Made by a program: the position numbers and the translations under genes
Shown: positions 55,624 through 64,000 of the stretch, in pieces
How the letters are laid out: each line of letters opens with the position of its first letter
Numbering within the stretch: the stretch's first letter is position 1
Source: an uncultured Eubacteriales bacterium
Lineage (GTDB): Bacteria; Bacillota; Clostridia; Oscillospirales; QAMX01
NCBI GenBank assembly: GCA_959600635.1
Contig: CAUGMN010000001.1
Coordinates: 17,854-81,853 of the forward strand
Reading direction: 5' to 3'
Length of the DNA: 64,000 bases
The notes under the pieces: model-generated
The model's database searches: none
What the model saw: only the letters and a program-made list of their open reading frames with translations
What the model was told of the DNA's origin: nothing

Positions 55624-56556
55624 ATGAGTATGCCGGCGCTTTTTACAGCGGAGATCGACGGATGGGCCTCATGGGGCGCCGTGTTTCAGTCCATTGCGGC
55701 GTTTTCCCCTTTGATTGAAGAAATTCTGTGCCGCCATGCGCTGCCTGCTGCGCCTGTACGGCACTGTACGCCCGGAACGAATGCGGTGTTCCGAGTGGGC
55801 GGATATGTGGTCAAAATCTTTGCTCCGCGGGAATCGGGCATGGAAAGCGAGGCGGAAGCGCGGACGGAGTATTTTTCTGTCGCACGGGCAAAGGCGCTGG
55901 GCGTCCCCGTGCCGACGCCGGTCGCCGAGGGCGTGCTCGACGACAAGTATCGGTTTCCGTATCTGGTGACGGAGTTTGTCGACGGCGCGCCGTTTGAGGT
56001 CTGCGCAGCCGCAATGACGCCGCAGGAGAAGACAGCCGCCGCGCGCCGCCTGCGCGCCCTCACCGACCGGCTGAACACGCCGTGCGCGGACTTCAACGGT
56101 ATCGACGTGATCAGGGATCAAACGCGGCGAAAATGCTGGGCGCCGTTCCCCAAACGCTTTCAGCGCGAGCGGGATGCATGGGCGGCCGCTCACGATTTCG
56201 GCGAGCGGGTCTTTGTTCACGGCGACCTCGGCGAAGACAACCTGCTTGTGACCGGCGACGGCCTCTGTATCCTTGATTTTGCCGACGCGGTCTTAGCGCC
56301 GCGTTCGTATGAACAGGCGCTGGTGGCGGCGGAACTGTTTGCGTTTGACGGGGACTTTCTGCGCGGCTATTTCGCGGACCTCAGCGCTGCGGAGATCGCC
56401 GAGATCTGTTTTGAAGGCTTGGCGATCCATGATTTCGGGGGAGATATCGTATGCGGCCGTCTCGGAACGCCGGAGCGTTTTGCAGGGCTTTCGGATTTGA
56501 GAGAGCGGCTGGACGAAGCCGTGCGAAACGGGCTGGCGCGGAGCGGCCGGGCGTAA
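55624..56556 (+). CDS. Aminoglycoside-phosphotransferase-fold (APH/ChoK-like) kinase
   Basis: VFRVGGYVVKIF (Lys-containing strand), FVHGDLGEDNLLV (HxDxxxxN catalytic loop), ILDFADA (DFG-like). The start may be the second ATG at 55630. Confidence 0.75.
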   Translation: MSMPALFTAEIDGWASWGAVFQSIAAFSPLIEEILCRHALPAAPVRHCTPGTNAVFRVGGYVVKIFAPRESGMESEAEARTEYFSVARAKALGVPVPTPVAEGVLDDKYRFPYLVTEFVDGAPFEVCAAAMTPQEKTAAARRLRALTDRLNTPCADFNGIDVIRDQTRRKCWAPFPKRFQRERDAWAAAHDFGERVFVHGDLGEDNLLVTGDGLCILDFADAVLAPRSYEQALVAAELFAFDGDFLRGYFADLSAAEIAEICFEGLAIHDFGGDIVCGRLGTPERFAGLSDLRERLDEAVRNGLARSGRA

Positions 56557-56623
56557 GGCGGTCCGCCGATGGGGGATACGCCTGCCGGAACGCGCGAATC
56601 CACGGAGAAGAGGAAGAACGGAT

Positions 56624-57316
56624 ATGGTTTGCAATTTTTCTGAATTTTGCGATGCTCTGTCAAAAGCGGGCTTTTCGATGGGCGGCGGCAATGCCAAGGG
56701 CGTCTATGCGGTGATTCCGTACGGCTGGGAGGAACAGACGCTGGTCGATTCGCCGGTCAAATGGCACACCGGCGATCCGGAGACCGACCCGTGGGAGTGG
56801 CGAATGCGCGTTTTGGAGGAGCGGGACGACATCGCGTATGCCAAGCTGTTTTTCCGGACCAGCGGATTTGTCACAGGGGATTGGTATCCGTATTTTTACG
56901 CTGTCCGAAGGCGGGGCCAAACCTTTCAGGAAACGTACGGGCGCGGCGGGATCGGCGCTCCGGCAAAGCGAATCTATGAGGTGATCGCGGAAAACGGCGA
57001 GACTGCTCTTCACGAGATCAAGCGGCTCGGCGGGTTTTGCCGCGAGGACAGCGCGAAATTTGAACGCGCCGTCGTCGAGCTGCAAATGCAGATGTTCATC
57101 ACCATGTGCGGCAGGGCGCAGAAGACCAATCGATACGGGGAACGCTACGGCTGGAACAGCACGGTGTTTACAACGGTTGAGGACTTTTGGTCAAAACGGG
57201 GATTGACCCTGTCCGGTCCGGATCCGAACGAAAGCGATGAACGCATCCGGGCGCAGATTCTCCGCTTGAATCCCGAAGCGGAACAGAGAAAAATCGATCG
57301 CTTTATCCGGGGATAG
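56624..57316 (+). CDS. Hypothetical protein (230 aa), possibly winged-helix-containing
   Basis: The ORF has good coding character and an AGAGGAAGAAC RBS. It reads ...VKWHTGDPETDPWEWRMRVLEE...ETALHEIKRLGGF... I cannot name a family. Confidence 0.5.
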   Translation: MVCNFSEFCDALSKAGFSMGGGNAKGVYAVIPYGWEEQTLVDSPVKWHTGDPETDPWEWRMRVLEERDDIAYAKLFFRTSGFVTGDWYPYFYAVRRRGQTFQETYGRGGIGAPAKRIYEVIAENGETALHEIKRLGGFCREDSAKFERAVVELQMQMFITMCGRAQKTNRYGERYGWNSTVFTTVEDFWSKRGLTLSGPDPNESDERIRAQILRLNPEAEQRKIDRFIRG

Positions 57317-57512
57317 GCACATGGACGAAGCGGATCGGGGCAGAGGTGTCGGAGCGCGGCGGATGCGTTTTATGGAAAAGCATTTTGAGCATACAGACAA
57401 GAGAGGTTTCCGGCTTTTTACAGGCGAAAAAAACGATTCCGCGCCGGCTTTTGATAAAAACCGGGGTTCAAAAGGCGGCGGAAATCACGAACAGAAAGAG
57501 ACAGTGAAGCGT

Positions 57513-58559
57513 ATGAAACAAAACATTCTCTCCCTCCGCATGGAGCGGCAGCATCTTTCCCGAAAGGCAGACGAATCCGAGTATATACAGCTTTACCGCG
57601 ACATGCAGCCGGGGCAGAACGTCTACTGGAACGGGTTCGGAGATCCGCCGTCGCTGAGCTTTCGCGCGGCTTTCAACGATCTTGAATTCAACCGCCGCCG
57701 TCAGGCAGAGCGCGGGCTGGTCAAAGGGCGCTTTGCAGGCGGAAATCTGGGCTGGGTGATGCCGGAAGACATGGAACTGTTTGCGGCGCTTTACTGCAAG
57801 CCTTTAAAAAATCCAACGGAAAAACACATCGGAATTTTCGAGCTGATTTGCCGTGAAGGTCCGCTGAATATTCAGCAGATCAAAGAAGAAACCGGAATGC
57901 TTGTCAAGGAGATTACGCCCGCGCTCCACCGTTTGCAGGAGGCGTTTCTGATCTACGAGGATCAGTATGACGGCGGGTGGGACCGCGGCTGGCACAGGTT
58001 TTCGGAGGCTTTTCCGGCGGTTGATTTGCAGAAATACGCCCGCCATGAGGCGCTGAAAATCCTGTTGCAGCGCTTCGCTTTCCGCCAGGTTCTGTTTGAT
58101 ACGGCCATGGCCAAATCCTTCTATAAGCTGCCGGAGAAAGAAATCGGGGCGGCGGCGCATGCGCTTGCGGCCGAGGGAGTTTTGAAAGAGACGGACGGCG
58201 GATATATCCTCAAAACCGACGCGGAAATACTCAGCCACCGCGCGGACGAATTGCCGCGCTGCGTCTATGCCGTTCACAGAAACGATTTTCTGTACAAATC
58301 AAACGAGCATCTTCTCAAAGAGCGGTTCAGACCGCTTTGTGAAAATCTCCCCTATGACCACGAGCCGCTGCAATATCTTTTGATCGACGGGGAGTTTCAC
58401 GGCGCGGTGGTCGGCCGCTTCCGCAACGGGCCCTATGACTTAAACGACGTGGTCTGCGACCTGCCCGACGCGGAGGAGCGCCGGGACGAGATCGTCAAGG
58501 CCGTCGAAACCGTTAACTTCGGCAGAGCGCCGGCGCGGTTTTTGGGGCGAACGCTGTGA
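57513..58559 (+). CDS. Winged-helix protein, AlkZ/YcaQ-like (putative DNA glycosylase family), tentative
   Basis: MKQNILSLRMERQHLSRKAD...LVKGRFAGGNLGWVMPEDMELF...GPLNIQQIKEETGM...ALHRLQEAFLIYED resembles the HTH_42 family layout. The start is chosen by family-typical N-terminus, and the RBS is weak. Confidence 0.45.
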   Translation: MKQNILSLRMERQHLSRKADESEYIQLYRDMQPGQNVYWNGFGDPPSLSFRAAFNDLEFNRRRQAERGLVKGRFAGGNLGWVMPEDMELFAALYCKPLKNPTEKHIGIFELICREGPLNIQQIKEETGMLVKEITPALHRLQEAFLIYEDQYDGGWDRGWHRFSEAFPAVDLQKYARHEALKILLQRFAFRQVLFDTAMAKSFYKLPEKEIGAAAHALAAEGVLKETDGGYILKTDAEILSHRADELPRCVYAVHRNDFLYKSNEHLLKERFRPLCENLPYDHEPLQYLLIDGEFHGAVVGRFRNGPYDLNDVVCDLPDAEERRDEIVKAVETVNFGRAPARFLGRTL

Positions 58560-58638
58560 GACCGAAGGGCGGCCCGGACGCTGAGCGGCGCTCCGGGGCC
58601 TGCCCGCAAACAAACGAACAAAAAAATGAGGACAAGGC

Positions 58639-58667
58639 TTGACAGCGGAAATCCGGCATGGTATAAT
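58639..58667 (+). promoter_or_regulatory. Consensus promoter for pyrC-carAB
   Basis: TTGACA (58639-58644), 17-nt spacer, TATAAT (58662-58667). Confidence 0.6.
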
Positions 58668-58725
58668 TATCGGAAAGGGTTTGGGACAGCCGAGGATTTT
58701 TGTGACGCAAAGGAGGCGGAAGCGC

Positions 58726-59964
58726 TTGAAAACCCTGCTTGCGAACGCCAAGATTTACAAAGACCGCGCGTTTATCAGCGCGGATATCGTCGTTTCAGAC
58801 GGGCGGATTGCCGGTATTCATCCCTCTCATCCCCCTGTCGGCGGTCTCGCCGTCGTTGATTTGAATCAGTGTTTCCTTTTTCCGGGTCTTGTCGATGTTC
58901 ATGTACATCTTCGAGAGCCGGGTTTTTCATATAAGGAGACGATTCGGAGCGGGACGGCCGCGGCCGCGGCCGGCGGCTTCACAACGGTCTGCGCGATGCC
59001 GAACCTTCGCCCCGTGCCGGACGGAGACGCGGCGCTGGCCGAGCAGGAGCGGCTGATTCGGGAGAGCGCGCTGGTGCGCGTCTGTCCCTACGGCGCGATT
59101 ACGCGCGGGCAGGCCGGCCGCGAGCTGTCCGACATGGCGGCTCTGGCGCCGCGCGTCGCCGCGTTTTCCGACGACGGCAGGGGCGTGCAGGATGAGGAGA
59201 CGATGCGCCGCGCCATGCGCGAGGCCAAACGGCTCGGCAAGGTGATCGCCGCCCACTGCGAGGACGAACGCTATCTCGGCGGGGACGCGTGGGGCGGCGC
59301 GCCGGAGAGCGAGTGGAGGCAGGTTGAGCGCGACCTGCGGCTCGCCGCGGAGACGGGGTGCGCCTATCACGTCTGCCACGTCTCGACAAAGGAGAGCGTC
59401 GCGCTGATTCGCGAGGCCAAGCGCGCCGGCATCGACGTGACCGCGGAGACCGCGCCGCACTATCTGCTGCTGAGCGAAAAGGACCGGCGCGACGAGGGGC
59501 GGTTTAAAATGAATCCGCCGCTGCGCGCCGAGGCCGACCGGCAGGCGCTTTTGGAGGCGCTGGCGGACGGCACGATCGACATGATCGCCACCGACCACGC
59601 GCCGCATTCGACAGAGGAAAAGGCGGGCGGCGCGGCGCGGGCCTTAAACGGCGTCACCGGCCTGGAAACGGCCTTTCCGGCGCTCTACACCGGTCTGGTC
59701 AAAACGGGGATGCTTACGCTGGAAGCGCTGCTCGCGCTGCTGCACGACCGCCCGGCGAAGCGCTTTGGGATCGGGGCGGAGCTTCGCGTCGGCGCGCCCG
59801 CCGATCTGACGGCGTTTGATCTGAACAAAAGCTATGAAATCGACGAGACGCTTCTCGTTTCAAAGGGAAAGTGCACGCCGTTCCACGGCATGCAGGTCAG
59901 CGGCGAATGCCGCCTGACGATGACGGAGGGAAAGATAGTATGGCAGAATACGACAGAAAATTAG
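58726..59964 (+). CDS. pyrC: Dihydroorotase
   Basis: LFPGLVDVHVHLREPGFSYKETIRSGTAAAAAGGFTTVCAMPN...ATDHAPH. The likely start is the TTG at 58726, 9 nt after AAGGAGG. The track start at 58639 lies in the promoter. Confidence 0.9.
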   Translation: MKTLLANAKIYKDRAFISADIVVSDGRIAGIHPSHPPVGGLAVVDLNQCFLFPGLVDVHVHLREPGFSYKETIRSGTAAAAAGGFTTVCAMPNLRPVPDGDAALAEQERLIRESALVRVCPYGAITRGQAGRELSDMAALAPRVAAFSDDGRGVQDEETMRRAMREAKRLGKVIAAHCEDERYLGGDAWGGAPESEWRQVERDLRLAAETGCAYHVCHVSTKESVALIREAKRAGIDVTAETAPHYLLLSEKDRRDEGRFKMNPPLRAEADRQALLEALADGTIDMIATDHAPHSTEEKAGGAARALNGVTGLETAFPALYTGLVKTGMLTLEALLALLHDRPAKRFGIGAELRVGAPADLTAFDLNKSYEIDETLLVSKGKCTPFHGMQVSGECRLTMTEGKIVWQNTTEN

Positions 59965-61016
59965 TTCTGGAAAACGGCGACGAATATTTGGGCCGCGCCT
60001 TCGGCGGGCCGGCCGGCGGCGCGGTCAGCGAGCTGGTGTTCAACACCTCGATGGCGGGCTATCAGGAGATCGTCTCCGACCCGTCGTATACGAATCAGAC
60101 GGTGGTGATGACGTATCCGCTGATCGGCAGCTACGGGATCGCCGAGGACGATTTTGAGAGCTGCGTCCCCTCGCTTGCGGGGCTGGCGGTTCGGGAATAC
60201 AACGACCTGCCGAGCAACTTCCGGTATACCAGAACGCTTGCGGAGGTTTTGGAGGAGTACCGCGTCCCCGGCATTTCCGGCATCGACACGCGCAGGCTGA
60301 CCCGCACTCTGCGCGACATGGGGACGCAGCGGGCGCTGATCGTTGACGCGGCCATGCCGAAGGCCGAGGCGCTGGCGCTGATCGCGGGCGCGCCGGTACA
60401 GCGCGGCGCGGTGGCCTCGGCGAGCTGTAAAAAGCGCTGGTACTCGCGGACATCGAACCCCGTGTTCAATGTCGCCGCCGTCGACTGCGGCATAAAGCGC
60501 AGCATCATCCGCAGCCTCAACCAGCGCGGCTGCAACGTCACGGTCGTGCCGTGGAATACGGACGCCGGGGCGATTCTGGCCATGCGGCCGGACGGCGTGC
60601 TCTTTTCCGACGGGCCGGGCGACCCCGGGGAGGTGCCGGAGGTTGTCGAAACCGTCCGCGCCCTGCGCGGGCGGCTGCCGCTGATGGGGGTCTGCCTCGG
60701 CCATCAGGTGATCTGCCGCGCTTACGGCGCCGACACCTACAAGCTCAAATTCGGGCACCGTGGCTCTAACCACCCGGTCAGAAACCTGAAAACAGACCGA
60801 ATCGAGATTACGGCACAGAATCACGGCTATGCCGTGGACGAGGCTTCGCTGCGCGCCACGCCGCTGACGCTCACGCACAGAAACCTGCTGGACAACACCG
60901 TCGAGGGCGCGGAGTGCGCGGCCGAGCGGGTGTTCTGCGCCCAGTTCCACCCCGAGGGAGCGTCCGGCCTGTTGGAGGCTTTTGTCGAGGCCATGCGCGA
61001 TTTCAAGGCGAGATAG
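59940..61016 (+). CDS. carA: Carbamoyl-phosphate synthase small (glutaminase) subunit
   Basis: MAEYDRKLVLENGDEYLGRAFG...EIVSDPSYTNQTVVMTYPLIGSYG...GVCLGHQ...FHPE. The ATG at 59940 follows GGAGGG and overlaps the pyrC end. Confidence 0.93.
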   Translation: MAEYDRKLVLENGDEYLGRAFGGPAGGAVSELVFNTSMAGYQEIVSDPSYTNQTVVMTYPLIGSYGIAEDDFESCVPSLAGLAVREYNDLPSNFRYTRTLAEVLEEYRVPGISGIDTRRLTRTLRDMGTQRALIVDAAMPKAEALALIAGAPVQRGAVASASCKKRWYSRTSNPVFNVAAVDCGIKRSIIRSLNQRGCNVTVVPWNTDAGAILAMRPDGVLFSDGPGDPGEVPEVVETVRALRGRLPLMGVCLGHQVICRAYGADTYKLKFGHRGSNHPVRNLKTDRIEITAQNHGYAVDEASLRATPLTLTHRNLLDNTVEGAECAAERVFCAQFHPEGASGLLEAFVEAMRDFKAR

Positions 61017-61127
61017 ACGCCGCCGCAAGAAACCGAAAACGCGCGGCGCGCGGCGATTTTCTTTGCGGAGGCCGCGCCGGCGCCGATTCTGTGAACGGAT
61101 ACACGCTGAAAAGGAGAAACGGAACAT

Positions 61128-64000
61128 ATGCCGAAACGCACCGATTTGCATAAAATTCTTGTCATCGGCTCCGGCCCGATCGTCATCGGGCAGGCCGCTG
61201 AATTCGACTACGCGGGCACGCAGGCGTGTCTGTCGCTGAAAGAGGAGGGCTATGAGGTCGTCCTCGTCAACTCAAACCCGGCCACGATTATGACCGATAC
61301 GACCATCGCCGACAAGGTGTATATGGAGCCGCTGACGCTCGAATACGTCGCCAAGATCCTGCGCTATGAGCGGCCGGACGCGATTGTCCCCGGGATCGGC
61401 GGACAGACCGGCCTGAACCTCGCCATGCAGCTCGCCAAAAAGGGCGTTCTGCGCGAGTGCGGCGTCGAGCTGCTGGGGACGGGTTACGAATCGATCGAGC
61501 TGGCCGAGGATCGCGAGCAGTTCAAGGAGCTCTGCGAACGCATCGGCGAGCCGGTTCTGCCGTCGGTGATCACGCACTCCATCGAGGAGGGCGCGGCCGC
61601 GGCCGAACAGATCGGTTATCCGGTCGTTCTGCGCCCCGCCTTTACCCTCGGCGGCACGGGCGGCGGCTTCGCCGACGACGAGGAGGAGCTGCGCGAGATC
61701 ATGAAAAACGCGCTGGCCCTGTCGCCGGTGGGGCAGGTGCTCGTCGAGAAGAGCATCAAGGGCTATAAGGAGATCGAATACGAGGTCATCCGCGACGCGG
61801 CCGACACGGCGCTCACCGTCTGCAACATGGAAAACGTCGACCCCGTCGGCATTCACACCGGCGACTCCATCGTCGTCGCGCCGTGCCAGACGCTGTCGAG
61901 CCGGGAATGTGCGATGCTGCGCGACAGCGCGCTGAAAATCATCCGCGCGCTGAAAATCGAGGGCGGCTGCAACGTCCAGTTTGCGCTCGACCCGTATTCG
62001 TTTCAATACTATGTCATCGAGGTCAACCCGCGCGTCTCGCGCTCGTCGGCGCTCGCGTCCAAGGCGAGCGGCTATCCGATCGCCAGGGTTTCGGCGAAGA
62101 TCGCCGTGGGGCTGAGGCTCGACGAGATCATGCTCGCCAACACGCCCGCGAGCTTCGAGCCGGCGCTCGACTATATCGTCATGAAGATGGCGCGCTTTCC
62201 CTTTGACAAATTTGCGACGGCCTCGAACCGGCTCAGCACGCAGATGAAGGCCACCGGCGAGGTCATGAGCATCGGCCGGACGCTGGAAGAGAGCCTGCTG
62301 AAAGCGGTGCGTTCGCTGGAAACGGGCGCGACGCACCTGTATCTGGCGAAGTTCGACGGGATGACGGCGGCGGAGCTGCTCGATTACGTCTCCGAAGCGA
62401 CCGACGACCGCGTCTACGCCATCGCGCGGCTGATCCGCTCCGGCGCCGACCTCGGCGTCATTGCCGACGCGACGCAGATCGACATGCTCTTTCTGAACGC
62501 GCTGAAAAATATCGTCGATTATGAGCGCGTGCTGGAAGCCGGGCCGCTCGACGCGGAGGCGCTGCGCGGCGCCAAGCGCATGGGCTTCTGCGACGCGGCC
62601 ATCGCGGGGCTCTGGAAGGTTAACGAGAGCGAGGTTTACGCGCTGCGGGAAGCGCACGGGATTTTCCCGGTCTATAAGATGATCGACACCTGCGCCGGCG
62701 AATTTGACAGCTATATCCCGTATTTCTACTCGACGTATGAGGACGAAAACGAATCCGTCGTCAGCGGCCGGAAAAAGATCATCGTCCTCGGCTCCGGCCC
62801 CATCCGCATCGGTCAGGGCGTCGAGTTTGACTACTCCACCGTGCACGCGGTGACGACGATCAAAAACGCCGGCTATGAATCGATTATCATCAACAACAAC
62901 CCCGAAACCGTCTCAACCGACTATACGACCAGCGACAAGCTGTATTTTGAACCGCTGACGGTCGAGGACGTGATGAACGTCATCCGGCTTGAAAAGCCGT
63001 TCGGCGTCATCGCCTCGCTCGGCGGACAGACGGCGATCAACCTCGCCGAGCCGCTGATGAAGCGCGGCGTGAAAATCATCGGCACCGACAGCGCCGCAAT
63101 CGAGCGCGCCGAAAACCGCGCTTCCTTCGAGGCGATTTTGAAAGAGCTGGACATCCCGCAGCCGCCGGGAGACGCCGTGACGGATATCGAGGCGGGCGTC
63201 GCCGTCGCCGAGCGCATCGGCTATCCGGTGCTGGTGCGGCCGAGCTATGTGCTCGGCGGCCGCGCCATGCAGATTGTGTCCGGCGAAAAGGCGCTGCGGC
63301 GCTATCTGAAAACCGCCGCGGCCGTCAACACCGAGCAGCCCGTGCTGGTCGATAAATATATTAATGGAAAGGAACTGGAAGTGGACGCCGTCTGCGACGG
63401 CGAGGCCGTCTTTGTGCCCGGCATTATGGAGCACGTCGAGCGCACCGGCATCCACTCGGGCGACAGCATCAGCGTCTATCCGCCGTTTTCGATTTCGCAG
63501 CGCGTCCGCGAGACGATTCTCGACTATACGCGGCGCCTGGGTCTGGGCATCGGCATCGTCGGGCTCTATAACATCCAGTTCATCGTCGACGGCGACGAAA
63601 ACGTCTATATCATCGAGGTCAACCCGCGCTCGTCGCGCACCGTGCCGTTTCTGTCAAAGGCGACCGGCTATTCGCTGGCCGACATCGCCACGCTGGCCAT
63701 CCTCGGCCATTCGCTGCGCGAGCAGGGCATCGAGACGATCTATCCGCAGGAAAAGGAAAAATGGTACGTCAAGGTGCCGGCCTTCTCGTTCTCAAAGATC
63801 CGCGGGCTGGACGCGTATCTGTCGCCGGAGATGAAATCGACCGGCGAGGCCATCGGCTATGACAAAACGCTGACGCGCGCGCTTTACAAGGCGCTGCAAT
63901 CCTCGGGCATGCACGTCGTCAATTACGGGACGATTTTCGTCACCATCGCCGACAAGGACAAGGACGAGGCGCTGCCGCTGATCCGCCGCTTCTACGATCT
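61128..64000 (+). CDS. carB: Carbamoyl-phosphate synthase large subunit (3' end beyond the window)
   Basis: Not in the track because there is no stop in the window. Manual translation gives [57 protein letters not shown]... The second ATP-grasp half ([25 protein letters not shown]) starts near 62770. AAAGGAG RBS. Confidence 0.95.
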   Translation, partial: MPKRTDLHKILVIGSGPIVIGQAAEFDYAGTQACLSLKEEGYEVVLVNSNPATIMTDTTIADKVYMEPLTLEYVAKILRYERPDAIVPGIGGQTGLNLAMQLAKKGVLRECGVELLGTGYESIELAEDREQFKELCERIGEPVLPSVITHSIEEGAAAAEQIGYPVVLRPAFTLGGTGGGFADDEEELREIMKNALALSPVGQVLVEKSIKGYKEIEYEVIRDAADTALTVCNMENVDPVGIHTGDSIVVAPCQTLSSRECAMLRDSALKIIRALKIEGGCNVQFALDPYSFQYYVIEVNPRVSRSSALASKASGYPIARVSAKIAVGLRLDEIMLANTPASFEPALDYIVMKMARFPFDKFATASNRLSTQMKATGEVMSIGRTLEESLLKAVRSLETGATHLYLAKFDGMTAAELLDYVSEATDDRVYAIARLIRSGADLGVIADATQIDMLFLNALKNIVDYERVLEAGPLDAEALRGAKRMGFCDAAIAGLWKVNESEVYALREAHGIFPVYKMIDTCAGEFDSYIPYFYSTYEDENESVVSGRKKIIVLGSGPIRIGQGVEFDYSTVHAVTTIKNAGYESIIINNNPETVSTDYTTSDKLYFEPLTVEDVMNVIRLEKPFGVIASLGGQTAINLAEPLMKRGVKIIGTDSAAIERAENRASFEAILKELDIPQPPGDAVTDIEAGVAVAERIGYPVLVRPSYVLGGRAMQIVSGEKALRRYLKTAAAVNTEQPVLVDKYINGKELEVDAVCDGEAVFVPGIMEHVERTGIHSGDSISVYPPFSISQRVRETILDYTRRLGLGIGIVGLYNIQFIVDGDENVYIIEVNPRSSRTVPFLSKATGYSLADIATLAILGHSLREQGIETIYPQEKEKWYVKVPAFSFSKIRGLDAYLSPEMKSTGEAIGYDKTLTRALYKALQSSGMHVVNYGTIFVTIADKDKDEALPLIRRFYD

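Overview
High-GC (roughly 60% or more by eye, not computed) chromosomal segment. It looks like a spore-forming Clostridia lineage (Oscillospiraceae/Ruminococcaceae-like): SLH-domain protein, Spo0A-C domain protein, rimO-pgsA-cysS and recA-recX synteny. That assignment is inference. Most of the window is ordinary housekeeping and transport. Housekeeping: htpG, topo IV-like parE/parC, cysS, pgsA, rimO, recA/recX, pyrC-carA-carB (carB runs off the 3' end). Transport: a tetR-ABC-FtsX operon, PiT phosphate transporter plus a DUF47 protein, two MATE pumps, a DtxR-controlled feoA-feoA-feoB operon, pnuC, and a YtrA-type GntR-ABC operon. There is also a divergent tRNA-Leu(UAA)/tRNA-fMet pair flanked by visibly lower-GC accessory genes. 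The stand-out locus is 47.6-52.5 kb, a type I-C CRISPR-Cas system stripped to its effector. cas5c, cas8c and cas7c are intact and tightly packed. cas3 survives only as a start-less C-terminal remnant behind an AT-rich scar. cas4-cas1-cas2 is collapsed into a Cas4(N)-Cas2(C) fusion scar that also carries a frameshift. The array has two repeats and one spacer, and could still yield one complete crRNA. Secondary observations: (1) a 74-bp promoter-bearing direct repeat bracketing a lower-GC SLH/S1-protease gene just upstream of recA; (2) a compact terminator-containing leader upstream of pnuC that I could not assign to a riboswitch class; (3) a stand-alone Spo0A C-terminal domain protein; (4) a signal-less vWA protein with a Cys-rich tail; (5) a 165-bp inverted-repeat element between pit and its DUF47 partner; (6) twin GTTAG-N6-CTAAC operators on the feo promoter; (7) a DUF1848/kinase/AlkZ-like cluster. 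Many long ORFs in the track are antisense artefacts of high GC, and many listed starts are upstream over-extensions. I re-set starts by RBS and N-terminal family pattern where I could. All calls come from reading the sequence and remembered family signatures. No searches were run.
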